64,000 nucleotides of DNA from Selaginella moellendorffii (taxonomy: Eukaryota; Plantae; Lycopodiophyta): NCBI RefSeq assembly GCF_000143415.4, contig NW_003314307.1, forward strand, positions 1,423,002 through 1,487,001. The letters run 5' to 3'. Position numbers and translations under genes: made by a program. Positions 36,541-49,449 of the stretch are shown one piece after another. Under the pieces are notes generated by a model that saw only the letters and a list, made by a program, of their open reading frames with translations, ran no database searches and had not been told where the DNA came from. Each line of letters begins with the position of its first letter. Position 1 is the stretch's first letter.

Positions 36541-38001
36541 CTATAGGCTCGTGTTGTATGTAATGTTGTGCCATACGTTCAGCATAAATAGGTAAGTGGA
36601 ATTGACTTCGGTCCATATGATCATCCATATCATCAAGATCAAGTGTGTGGACTGAAACACTGTGTGTGATAAATGTAGACCTAATAAAATAGAAACATTT
36701 GAGAATAAATATTATAGATTATTTCAAGCACTAACATCACCTGTCGCAAAATCTCCTAAGAATGTCCTCAAAGGCACCCTCCTTCTCAAGTGCAAAAACC
36801 GCTCGGCCTGTCTCTTTTGCTGCCTGCACCATTGATCCAAATCCTGCTGTAGCATCAAGCACAATCCCCTTTGGCGGACAGAATAACTCCAACAAGATTT
36901 GCATGGCTGTGACTGAAAGATGTTGATAACCAGGGAACGCTGGGTGAAGAACGTCCGAGTCAATCACATTTGGGATGATGTCTGTAGAGCTGTCATATCC
37001 TGGTAAAGCAAGAGCAACACGCTCGTCAGCTCGTGTGGCATTACGCCGGTTCCCAATGTGGCATAGAGCATGGTAGTTCCAGGAATAAATCTGGAAAAAA
37101 AAATAGAATACAGTTAATTTATAAATAAAGAAGTCACACACCTTTCGCGTATGCCTGCTAGTGCCTTTTGTGTCCACCGCCATACTCAAAAGAAGGCAGC
37201 TAGATGAAAACTCAATAAATCCATCATCGTTGTCAGCCAAGTGTGCGAGAAGGCCTTCCCACATTAGAGAGCGAGGAAGGATCATGACAACCACACCCTC
37301 GTATGTCATGAAGCTGCTCACAACTTTTAAGGCTTGGGAAATGTGTTGGGCCTGCAACACATTCCATGACGGAGTATCCCCCTGCGGTGGTGGCATCCCA
37401 TCAGGAAGATCAAAAAAGATGAAATCAATCTTCCCATAAGGTGTGAGCTGACCCAAATCATGGATCCACCGATCAAGCATGTAGAGCTCCCGACTAGTAG
37501 CATCTAAAAGCTGTGTGTAATCCCCAATGAGAACAGCAACTTCCCCAACACTGGCCGTTGGGGATAGAGGGCGAACCTGAAAATCAACTATTAGAACTTG
37601 AAGATAAAATTCATGCTTACTAACCTGTTTATGCATCGCTGCAGAGGAGAGCTCTTCTAGGTCATCATCTGTAGCCGTAGGGAGGGATGGGAAGAATGTC
37701 TTAGTTCGCCAAAAAGACTGATGGCTGCTCTCTGCAACATCTATAAAAAAAAAAATGAAGTCAAGAATGAATAAAAGAATGTTCCAAATCAAAGTCCTTA
37801 CTCTCATGAAAGGCTTCATGACAGCCCCTTCAGGGGTTGCAAGGAGGAGGTACTGGAATCTCTTGTGCTGGAATTTCCTATACAGTTTCCTCTAGTTCAA
37901 CGGTATTTGAATTTGGCATCTCCTGAATGGTTTCCTGAGTGCTAACTCCTAGGTTTAGTTGTTGAACTTCAACAACATCGTTATCACAGTCAGAAAGAGC
38001 C
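36541..38001 (-). pseudogene. Intron-containing beta-class N4-cytosine/N6-adenine DNA methyltransferase-like gene (N6_N4_Mtase-like)
   Basis: Motif IV-like IDFIFFDLPDG (~37397-37429) precedes HPAFPG...MQILLELFCPPKGIVLDATAGFGSMVQAAKETGRAVFALEKE (motif X/I/II, ~36780-36950). Four short GT-AG introns in compatible phase; upstream exon has TAG and TGA stops. Confidence 0.75.
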
Positions 38002-38077
38002 TCTAGAAAATAAGAATATAACTCAAGGTTAATATTTCCTAGCTAAGTGCTGACCTGAAAGACTAAACCTAGTCTTT

Positions 38078-38535
38078 TCTAGGTCCCAGTCCTGGTCTCG
38101 GTCTCGGTCTTGGTCTCGGTCTTGGTCCCAGTGTCGATCTCGGTCCCGGTCTCGGTCTCGACCTCGGACTCCATCTCAGGTCCTTCTCGGACTCCATCTC
38201 AAACTCCATCTCAAACTCCATCTCGGGTCCATCTCGGACTCCATCTCGGGTCCATCTCGGACTCCGTCTCGGTCCATCTCGGACTCCATCTTGGGTCCAT
38301 CTCGGACTCCGTCTCGGACTCCATCTTGGGTCCATCTCGGACTCCATCTCGGGTCCATCTCGGACTCCATCTTGGGTCCATCTCGGACTCCATCTCGGGT
38401 CCATCTCGGACTCCGTCTCGGTCCATCTTGGACTCCATCTCGGGTCCATCTCGGACTCTGTCTCGAACTCCATCTCGGGTCCATCTTGGACTCCACCTCG
38501 TGCCATGTGTTGGTCCTTTTTGGGTCCCTTTTTGG
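38078..38535 (-). repeat. Inverted copy of LTR satellite segment 35560-36005
   Basis: Reverse complement match including the unique flank CCAAAAAGGGACCCAAAAAGGACCAACACATGGCACGAGG; bracketed by a 30-bp direct repeat (38041-38070 / 38560-38589). Confidence 0.92.
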
Positions 38536-41500
38536 TCGAGAGGTCGAGAGCGGGTACTGAGCTAAGTACTGACCTGAAAGACTAGACCTGAAAAGACTAT
38601 AAACAACAAGGACATGAAGACAATATTGACAAATAAAGATTAAATGTTGAAGATGGGATGAAGTTGAACAATCCATCCAAAAGTTAACATTGTAAAAGCA
38701 ACAATTTTACAACAACACAACATTTATTAAAGTCTATAATCTGAGTCTCAATTCTTAACCAATAAATGCTAAAACTGTGTGACAAAAACTTATAGTAGCA
38801 TATGAAGACTATTTAAGAGTTGCTAATGAACTAAAAAAGGTATCATATAAATTGATAGGAATTTTTAAAAAATTACTAAATAAATTACTGCCTTCAGCCG
38901 AGCAAATATCTCAGTCTGTTGAGATATATAATTCTACTTATAGCTAAGTGTTCAATGGGTTACAAAAACAAGGACTATGAGTGGTTTATTGTCTAACTAG
39001 ATGCAAGTATTTTTCATCATGATTATGTTTCAGAGAGACTTGGCATGTCAATAAACTTTTTTCATATAGTTTTGTTAAGGATGGTTATATTTATTTAGAC
39101 AGATTTCACAAAAGGTTTAAGCTCAAGATAGATAACATGGTATTCAGACTCCATCCTAACGTTAATGTTCTTGTAGTCAACAATGCCCCTAATAAATGTC
39201 ACAAACTGAGATATTTTATATATTTGCATCCTCTCTTATTCAATCCCACCAAACCATATGATATGCTACAAATTAAAGGGGATAAACTTGAAACTTTACA
39301 TGCATGATATTTTGGAGAAAATGTTGGACATAAAGATTATTTATTGAAACCTTTTTAATCGGGTGATATAAGTCAAATTGAATTATTGGCAAGGATAATC
39401 TTCATTAAGGTCAAATGAAGCTATAATTTTTCATTTATAGATACCAAAAAAAAGAAAGCATCACATTTTATTTTAGACATCCTCATATATTTCAATATAA
39501 AACTTTAGATACCATAAGGAAAAAACATTACATTTTATTTTAAACATTGTCATATATTTAAATATAGACAAGTTCTTTAATGATTACTACTATAAATGGA
39601 GTGTAGTGTAGAAGTGGTAAGGGAGTATGATATAGTGATACTTTATTAAAACAATATTAACATATAATTTCAGAACACACAAATTATGGCATTTTCTATA
39701 TTAAAAATAATATTTTCTTAATTAATATTACTTAGCTAGTTAGACAAGATTAAGCTAATTTAATGTAAAACCTAGTAAATTGATGATTAAAATAATAAGT
39801 GAGACCTTCAAACATAGATTTTTAAATTTGAATTTTTATGAATATTATATAAACTGAGTACCAAAGTTCAAATTCATATATTAAGATTAGATCAAAACAT
39901 TCTTTACAATTAGAATATTCTCTAAGGTGATAGATGAAAGTAAAAAAATTATTAAAAAAAATTATTAGTAAATATTCTTTATTAAACCTATAATTGTTTT
40001 CCACATGGCAAATGTTCGAACACTTCACTAAATTTCAATCAATGTGTGCCCTAAATTTTTTCAGTTGTTAAATTTTAAACACATGGCCTTCCACATTGGC
40101 CAATGGCCGAACACTTAGTTAAATTTTAGTAATTCCAATATATTGCAATGCATATAACTCATAGATAAAGAAACTTTTTCTTTTTTATTTTATTAAGATT
40201 AAATGTTTTATTTTAAGAGTTATTTTTTTGTTTTTCTCTGTTTAGTAAAAAGAGTTATTTTGGACTACTAGAAGCTTTCCTTTTACCTTAATCTTTTCCA
40301 CCAAAGGTTTTACCTCTACAAGGATATATTATAATTATTAATACTGTTGAAATTCTATTGCTGAATGAATAGAATTAATTGCAACCTATTGTTGTATCAT
40401 TTCCAAGTTGTTGTTAACTATGGATAGAAAAACTTCTTTATCAATTTTGTTTATAAGATATTTACCATTTTTTGTTATAAAATCATTTTGTAACTTTTGA
40501 TGGAAGGATAATTTGAGTGATATCTTCCTTCTCCATTTCATATCTAAACTTTATTCAATGTAAATTACTTTTATTGCAATCTTTAATAATTTTTTGCTAA
40601 TGCTACACATTTCAATGGATATCTTCATACTCAAAGCTCATATATTAGTATATAAAATATATTATTTGACCTCTATTATAGTCTTTAATTGGATTTCCTG
40701 CTCATAATAAATACTTTGATGGATAATTTCCTACTCAAATTTATATACATATTTCAAAATTTTAATTATTAAGTGAGTTATCTTTGTCATAACTTCTAAA
40801 TGAAGTGCTTCAAAATTTGGTGGACAATAAGATCATCTGATCTAGGTTCTAAGATTGCATGTAAGTGTGAGAGGAGCCTTATAATTGGTTATAATCAAGT
40901 CAATTTATACTCCTTGTTTCAATATAGTAACTTTTTTCTGGTGTTTAGAAATGTTTTCTTTTGTTGCTTATGGACAATTATACCACCTCAAAAAAGCCTA
41001 ATAACTTTTTATTTCAACTTTGATGACAAGATATTATATAGCTTGATCTGAAGAAAACTATATATAGGATTTATAAACATTTTTCTATTGAATTTACTTG
41101 AGACTTGTTAATGTTTCTCACTTTAACAATCACACCATCAATTAGTTTTTCATATTCATGGTTTTGAATAAAACCATGATTTTTTTAATAACTAGTAAAT
41201 TAATACCTTTCATGAACTTTAATAGTAAGTTGGTGAACTATCTAATCATCCTTTGATGGCGAGTATATTTTTTTCCAAATAAAAGTGTATTTTTTATATT
41301 GGCATAAAATACCTCAATCAAACTATTTTTTATCTTGTTAGCATGAGGGAAATTCCATGTAGCAAAAACCTATATATCTATTACATAAAAAAAATATATA
41401 AAATTCAAAATATTGATTCACTTACTAAAATACTTAATAAATGCTTCTTTATTTTAAAAATATACCTCAATGCTTGATAATATTTTTAATCTCAGTTTGT

Positions 41501-43304
41501 ATAATATTATCATCATAAAACGTTGTTTGAATTGAATGATATATAATATTTCCAAAATATTTCCATATTTCCATCATAATTTTCCATAATTTCACCTTAA
41601 AAATAATATATTTTGAGTCAGTTACTCTTTATTTGCCAAGTATATAATAGAATTTAGAAATTGAATGTAGCTCTATTTGAAAGCATAAAAAATTATATCA
41701 TAGCATATTAAATTAATTACTTTATAGGATTAATCTCTGTTTCAGCATCATCAATCAATCACACATAGTTAATAATCTGGTATATGTTATAAAACTTGAT
41801 TCTTAACAGTTATCATCCAATTCTTCATATTTTCTCTTTTCTCACTCAAAGTTAAAACCCTTCAATTAAAATACTATTTCCAAGATAATCAAAAGTAAAC
41901 ATGAGAACTATAAATTATTAAAGATTATTCACTTTAAAATAAACAAAAGCTTTATTTTATATTGATGAGTTCCAAAAGCTGTATCAAAGGCTACAATGAA
42001 CGAAGTGATGCAATTTAGTCCCAAAGCATAGAAGAAAGAAATGGATCACATACTTGAGGGCATGAAGAAGTAGATGAAAAACAACACTATAACCTTTACA
42101 AAGTTCACCATCTTTTGGAACTATTAGATAATTTGAATCTCAAAAGTAAGATAATTTTTACCTCAATCACCTTTTTGATGGAGAAACACTTCCTCAGGAT
42201 TTGTGTTCTTCCAAATATATACACTCTGTGCATCCTTGCATCAATTTTTATGTAGTTAATAAGTTAATGGCAAATACTTTTTATATAGATTGTTAATATC
42301 CTACATAGTTAGAAAATCATTTTAACAAGAAGGTTTACCAATTGATTTATTCCTTCTCACAATTAGTATATGCTTATTTTAAATCTAATTTGATATGAAA
42401 TCTCATTGGATTATATGAATCACCCAATATCAAATATCTACTTATGTTAACCATGACAAGAAATCTCAATATATAGTCTGCATATAATCAAACCATTCAT
42501 AAATTGTTTGACCAAAAAATTGCAAAAGCAACACCAGACCTAGTCTACTTCTAAGTTCTAACTTTTGTGTAAATTCAGCAAGTGTAGTAGATGTTTCTAT
42601 ATTCATTATGTCAAGAAACTAGTAATTATATTTTGTTATTAAGAAATTACCTGATTAACTTTGATTAGTTAGTATTATGATTTTTGTTGGACAAAAATGT
42701 CATTTTCATGGAATTCTTGCACCTCATCAATTCATAGTGGATCTTAAATGATTTTCTTGAATTAATATGAAGTTAAATTGATTTTTTACTTGATGTACTA
42801 CTGTTATACTTGAATTATTTAGGTCAATTAGCATGATGAAATTTAGGGAAGTATTGGATGGCTAAATGGCCACTAACTATATGGATGCACACTGGATGTA
42901 ATCGAACATGCTGGTGGGCAGGTGGGAGTGCATGTGGGAGCCGCAGGCAGGTGAGCACGCGGGTGGGATTTTAGTGTCTGACAAGATTATGCAAACAAGT
43001 TTGCAAGCTTTTTTTTTTTTCTTCTTTACCCCCATTGTAAATAAATAGTCATTCAACTGTTGTGTGGACTCTTTAGTGGCACTCCCTCTCTTTGTATCAG
43101 ATTTTCGTTGTAGTTTGGAACCCTCAAGTTTTATAACTATAATTTTCCAAACAAAAATTAAATAATATTAATATCATTACCAATAATTAACACAATCATC
43201 AATTAATCATAAATCAATCAAAATTCACTAATTGATCAATTCAACTAAAGTAGTATCATACTTACCATAAAATTCCTTGTGAAATCTAAAGTGTCTTGTA
43301 GTGC

Positions 43305-44380
43305 TTAAAGTTTGCTATCCATCCAACAACTATAAGCCCTATCCAATACCTCTCCCTCAGCATCAAAAAAACTCACCTTGTAATCCCAGAAACTTATAGG
43401 AATACCTAAGTCTCATTCTATAGAAGGAAACCTAGAGATGGAACTGAGAGACCAAAGCTTTCATGGCCTTAACTTCTCATATTGTTCCTTGAAACAATGC
43501 TAGGGAACAAATGTAGTGGAGTTAAAATATATAGATTTTAAGCTTTCCAATACATTTGCATAAATTTCTTGAAATAAAAATATTTCACTTTAGTCCTTGA
43601 TCATATTTTAACCCTCAAGAAACATTCCACCACGCTCACAGCCTCTGCTTTCAGGAAAACTTGACGTAATAAGGCCCAATAGAGGATCATAGTATCCAAC
43701 TATGAAGCCTGCATAAACACCAATCATCATTGCATATGTTGAATACAGCATCCGTATGTCTAGGTATGAAGATAAAAAATGCTATCATTCATACAGATAC
43801 ATCTTCTCAGACTGTTAATTTGGTTTCTGGACCTCTCAAGTTCGGGAAGAAAGCTCCAGAGGCTGAGAGATGGAAACGATGAGCTAGAAGATGGGAAAGA
43901 GAACGAAGATGGCGATGGAGGCTAGCCAAGGTCACAAGATCAAGTAAAAAGCATATTCCATTCTAGGAAATCCACAGATTTTTCCCTAGATTGTCTGGTA
44001 GACTCCAACTGAGACTCCTTGTGAAACTAAAAATATACTGCCCCATAGACCTGGAACAAACCTCCTCAAATGCTGGAATTTAACATCAACCTGGGTAGTA
44101 GGATCGATCCTCAACTGAAGACCAAAGGGCTACCTATACGTTCTTGAAGTTTGCTTGCCATCCAACAACTATAAACTCTGTCCAATACCTCTCCCTCAGC
44201 GTCATGGAAACTCTCCAGTAAAATCTTGTACTCCCAGACGATTCTTAGATACTTGTACACCTCAGAATGGGATCATACTGAGAACAAATGTAGTGATCAT
44301 ATGAGCGTAGTGGAATAGCTTGAATTTTGACGCAATAAGACCTAACAAAGGATGTTAGACACTATCATTGCATATGATGC
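43305..44380. repeat. Decayed local duplication (43305-43740 vs 44146-44380)
   Basis: Shared blocks CCATCCAACAACTATAA, TCCAATACCTCTCCCTCAGC, GAACAAATGTAGTG, ATCATTGCATATG. Confidence 0.7.
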
Positions 44381-44724
44381 ACCAGCAGCTTGATCTCTGT
44401 TGTATCAAAGGCTATCAAGCAAAAGAAAGAACCAGGAGAGACTATGAACACTCGGATCTGGTTTTTGGCAAACCTGGGCATATAACGCGACTGTGCTCTA
44501 ATAAAAAACCAATGTCCAGTGTTCCTTTTAGGAATGTCAAAAACGCCTTTCCAAGACCCCAAACCCTAAAATTTTGTTTGTTTTGACCGGGGAATCGAAC
44601 GGCTGGTTGGTGCTTCCACGTGGCGCAACCTGTGCCGTCAGCTCCCCCAGTGTGGACTCTACATAGCTGAGGTGAGGATAACCCCTGAGGAGAGAGAGAG
44701 AGAGTGAGGTTTTTGGCGAGAGGA

Positions 44725-45925
44725 ATGGCTATGGCGACTGCTGGAGCAGCAGCATTCGCAGCGACTGGCCACGTCGTGGGAGGAGGAGCCACCTCCTCGT
44801 CCTCGTCTGCCGCCTCCGCTGCTCCATGCCGATCGTCCCTCTTCAAGGCATTCGACGCGAGGCTAGGAGCGTCCAAGATTTCCCACCTCCGCCGCCCCGC
44901 CGCGCGGATCCAACCTAGGAGAGCTTTCAGGAGCCTGGCTGCTAGCGCGGTGAGTCTAGCACTTTTCCATGGAGATTTCGACGCCTGCATTGTGGATTTT
45001 CCTCTTTTCTAGAGCTTGGATGTTCCATTGGTGGGAAACAAGGCTCCGGATTTCGAGGCCGAGTCGGTCTTCGATCAGGAATTCATCAAGGTATTCACGA
45101 GGAAAATGAAAGGTTCCTCTTTGCTGTGTTCTTATCTCTCCCATGTCTTCGCCGCAGGTCAAGCTTTCGGACTACTTGGGCAAGAAGTACGTCGTTTTGT
45201 TCTTCTATCCTTTGGACTTCACGTTCGTTTGCCCGACAGGTTGGTCGGTGACAATTGTGTTGGTTGGAAGATTTCTCCTAACTTTTTCTTTTCCTCCTGC
45301 TAGAAATCACCGCTTTCAGCGATCGTTACTCAGAATTTGAGAAGATCAACACGGAAGTGCTCGGAGTCTCTGTTGACAGTGTGGTACGTGGAACTTTTCT
45401 CTTTAATTTTCTTTGCTCTCTGGCTAACAAAAGGATGCTCTTGCAGTTTTCCCATCTGGCTTGGGTTCAAACCGAGAGAAAGTCGGGCGGCCTAGGCGAT
45501 TTGCGCTATCCCCTTGTTTCAGACATCTCCAAGTCGATCTCCAAGGCTTACAACGTACTCATCCCCGATCAGGTTCGTGACAAACTCCGTGTATACTTTG
45601 CGCAGATGACGTTCTCTGTGTGTCCAGGGAATTGCCCTCCGAGGCCTCTTCATCATTGACAAAGAAGGGATCATCCAACACGCTACCGTTAACAACCTTG
45701 CGATTGGAAGGAGTGTAGACGAGACCTTGAGAACGCTTCAGGTGACGAAAGCTCGGCTGAATGCGAGTTTTAAGTTTTGATCTTTTTCTTCATTGTTTCT
45801 TCTAGGCGGTCCAATACGTCCAGGACAATCCAGACGAGGTGTGCCCCGCCGGATGGAAGCCTGGCGACAAGTCAATGAAGCCCGATCCAAAGCTGAGCAA
45901 GGACTACTTCGCTGCTATAGCTTGA
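44725..45925 (+). CDS. BAS1: Chloroplast 2-Cys peroxiredoxin
   Basis: Transit peptide, then [48 protein letters not shown]...KDYFAAIA*; seven exons. Confidence 0.95.
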
Positions 45926-46090
45926 GCTCCCATGAGGCTCAAATAAACAGGTTTGTTTCGGTGGAATGCTCCCATGCAAGGAGATCTCGAGAGGCAAAAA
46001 GGGAGTTTTTGGTTTCTACATATTTGCAAGCTTACAAGATCACGACGTTGAATGCAGTGGAAGCGTCGTTTGCTCTAGTTCCTCGCTCTG

Positions 46091-46644
46091 CTAGATTTGT
46101 TTCTTGGCTTTGCCACTCCTGGGCTTGCCGGTGTTCACGTCCACCCCAAAAGCGCCGAGGCGTGCCGACAGCTTCGCGATCTCGCGCACTGCGCCATCAC
46201 TCACCGTGCTCTTGTCGCTCTCCAGCTCCTCAAACGCCGCCTCGAACGCATCCTGCCAGAAGCTGCCACTGCTCTTGTCCTCCTTGCTGCCGAAACGGTA
46301 GCCACTCCAGGCATGCCGCACAATCTTCTCTCGCATCTCCGCCTCCTGCCAAGATCCAAGCCTACATTGTCGATCCAAGCCAGCCACCACCACCCAAGAC
46401 AAAGCAAACCCACCAGTGGATCCACACTCGCCAATTCGTCCTCGTCGCCACCTCCTCCATGGTAGTGATCCATGGCCGCCAACAAGAAGCGGCTCGTCTG
46501 CGTGTGTGCTGCGGCGGACCATTTCCTGGCCAGGCCCAGCCCCGCGCTCCCCGACAGCATCGACCACACCGCCAGCAGCAGGATGATCGCCACTGCCCAC
46601 GCCTTGTAGCCGTGGTTCCTCGTCCACCACCCCACCTCCTTCAT
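46091..46644 (-). CDS. DUF1195 family membrane-anchored protein
   Basis: YKAWAVAIILLLAVWSM, then after one intron EMREKIVRHAW...FWQDAFEAAFEELESD...EIAKLS. Confidence 0.8.
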
Positions 46645-46733
46645 CGCTTCTCCTTTCCCCTGTAACCTATCTCTTCTCTCTCACGCGTCGAAAACTTACA
46701 TATATTCACATCCTCCACAACACAAAACTTTCA

Positions 46734-49355
46734 CTATCTTCGTTCGCCACCACCGCTGCCGCCACCACTTCCAGGACCGCCTCTAGTCTTGCCTTCGAAC
46801 AGCTCGCCCAGCAAGCGATCCAAGTCGTCCGCCGTGTACTTGATGTACCTCTGCGTGTTCTTCCCATTCTCCAAAATGGCACTGCATTGCAGAGCATCCG
46901 TATCTTCCCTCGTGAACAAAACAAAAGAAAAAAATACCTGTAGCGTTTGATGAAACTCCGGTATGCTGGGAGTAGCACCTCGGCGACAGCCAGCCGCACC
47001 GCATCTCGCAGCTCCGCGTCTGGAATGGTCCATTGGGACTGCCGTTGATGAAGCTCCTCGAACAAAATGTTGAAGTTTTTGAACCTGTGTGAACTCTCAC
47101 CTTGACAACAAATAACAAGAAAGAAAACCACTCACAAACCTTTCTTTCAGCACGGCTCTGGATATCCCACTGCTGGTTCCGTCAGGAGCTCCTCCCGTAC
47201 TCATCCCGCTGCCTCCCGAAGAGGACGACAATCCCTGGCCACTGAGGTATTGAAGTAGCTGCAATACCCAGCCAAGTTCGCTTCAAGCAAGCCAGGAGAA
47301 AAAAACCAATACCTTTCCCCACGCTGTGCGCTGATATGCCTGAGCATGCTGCTGGACGATGCGGCGATGCCTTTGAATCCAGTCATCCCCGAGAAGGTCT
47401 TTAGCCTCCGACCTGCAGAGAGGTATGACTTTTAGCTCCCAAGGCTTGCTTGCTTGCTTGCTTGCTTATACCTTCGCACGGATTTAACCATGTAATGGAT
47501 GTTGTTCATGAGAAAGATATGCGTCAGAGCAGGGTCCTTGTACTGCTTCGCCTTAGAGTCAAGATTGTTCTGTAAAACGACCATAATTTTCGATGTCGCT
47601 GCTGCCAACCGGGAACTCGACACATCCTTGTCCTCCTCATCAAAGAGTTGCCTCAATGTGATTTGGTAGCTGCTCGAAACCACAGGAGACAAACAAACAG
47701 CAAGTTATGTCCAGCTACCAGAGGCAGATTAACCACTTACTCAAAGAGAAACTTGACATAGTTAATGACGTAACTCGTAAGCGGGTGGACCGTACCATCC
47801 TGGACAGCAGTTTTTGTTGCGTCTTTCTCCACAGCATCCAGAAAATCATCAAAGGTATCACGAGCAGTTTGTGCTAGCTTCTGAGTGAGACCAGCAGCTG
47901 CATCACGAACAGAAGCTGATGTCTCCCCTGCGAACATTGTTTTCATCTGCACAGCGCAGCCAATTAAGAAACCAGAGACGAGATGAGATACCTCCGGCAG
48001 AAGATCATGCATAGTCTCGAACATGTCCAGGAGCACAAAGAGCTTCTCAGGGGACTTTTTGCTCCTAGCAATGGCTTCGCCGGTGCTGCTCAGCACGCTG
48101 AAGCTGTTCTGAGTGATGTCTGCAAAACAAGCCTCTCTGTAAGGATCTAGGCCATCGAAGACTTGATTGCAGAGCTTCCATTCCGCTGCAAAGAGGAGTT
48201 TGACCTGTGTTTTTATCCTTCTCTTATGTTAAAGCGCAACAAAAATCTTCTCTCTCTATGGAAGAAAAAAATAAAAATGGAGACAAAAGAGAAAGCATGA
48301 CTTACAGCAGCGCGCATGTGTTGGATCCAGTTACCAATCTTTCCCTCCAGCACCTCCCACTGTAGCTTTTGGACGTCTTCTCGCGTGAGCTTCTCCACTC
48401 CTAGCTTACGGAGGCTCTGCTCCAATACAGATGCTCTCGCGTCTCTGCAAGGCAAAAACGAAGTCATGACGTAACAGTTTTCCCTTAGACCAAACCTGTA
48501 GGTTTTCAAGCATTGCTGGTGGTGACCAGAGCCGATCATGCGCTCAGCGATATCGTGCAACTGAGGGACAATCCTGGGGGGAAGTAGCATCGGAAGCACA
48601 ACCGCATCGTTGGTGGTGGCAGGAGCATCAGGTGTAGAATTGTCATGGTGCGCTGGGGCAGTCTTGGGCAAGGATTCCAAGAGCCGTGCTGGTTCCACCG
48701 GCTTGCTGCACAGAGGGAGCCAAGATGAGATGAGAAACGAGAATGAGAGAAACCAAAACCCGTGTCTTACCCGTGCTGGGAGAGGACAAGTTTGAGCTCT
48801 CCATTTAGCTTCTCCATGGCTTTGGAAAGAAGCGTACGTGCATGGGTGAGCGCAGCGTCGTCATTCTTAAAGCTGCGATTGTAAGTAAAGAACTCGATGT
48901 TACGCTTGATCTCATCCACGGCCGCGACGTAGCCTCCCAGATCCTCGCGAGGCCCTTTGAGGATCTTGGTTTCCACCTGACAGATAAACAGTGATTCTCT
49001 TTTCACTTCTCTCTCCTTGGAAAATGTCTTACCTGCCGCGACACATCAAAGCGCGTGAGAATCGCTTGAGCCGCCTTGAGCGTCTTGTCGATGTTGTGGT
49101 GGACAGTCCTGTACGAGTGCGTGCGCAGCTAGCGAGAGATCACGATGAGGAGGAATCGAGAGAGAGAGAGAGAGAGAGACGTTTCGATGAGAAATTTCTT
49201 ACCTGCGTGGGGCGCATGGCGGATTCCAGGCCCGACAGCCGCGCATCGAACGATCCCAGGATGCTCATCACGCTCTGCGTCACACTCTGGCTCCTGTGAA
49301 GGCTGTCGCGCAGCAGCAGCGCCGTCGCCGCCAGGGCGTCGCCATCCATCGCCAT
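46734..49355 (-). CDS. EXO70A1: Exocyst subunit Exo70, A clade
   Basis: SILGSFDARLSGLESAMRPTQ, ILKGPREDL, LRKLGVEKL, SPEKLFVLLDMFE, DGTVHPLTSYVINYVKFL, FLMNNIHYMV, YIKYTADDL; multi-exon. Confidence 0.93.
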
Positions 49356-49449
49356 TCCCCTGTTCTCCCCTAACCTAGATAGGGTTTATTTGGAGCCAAG
49401 GGAAGAAAAGGTACTACCAAGAAAAAAAGAGGAGTGGGAGCACTCATGG

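Larger units (their letters stand above)
36310..43255 (-). mobile_element. Putative CACTA (En/Spm) transposon relic carrying the methyltransferase-like gene
   Basis: Left end CACTACCTTAGTTCG; degenerate inverted match TCAACTAAAGTAGTA at 43241-43255 (11/15). Faint transposase-like remnants on minus about 40.0-41.6 kb. Flanking triplets TGG/TCA do not match as a TSD. Confidence 0.4.

Noticed and set aside
36737-37819. Bacterial contamination explaining the methyltransferase ORF
   Set aside because: It contains canonical spliceosomal introns and is contiguous with plant transposon sequence.
35560-38535. Inverted repeats as TIRs of a MULE/foldback element carrying the MTase
   Set aside because: The left copy is an internal part of an LTR, and the right copy interrupts the gene with a 30-bp duplication. 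No TSD flanks the pair.
39420-40135. Small imperfect tandem duplications (~70 bp at 39438-39570; ~45 bp at 39999-40135)
   Set aside because: Real but uninformative within AT-rich decayed sequence; could not be tied to a terminus.
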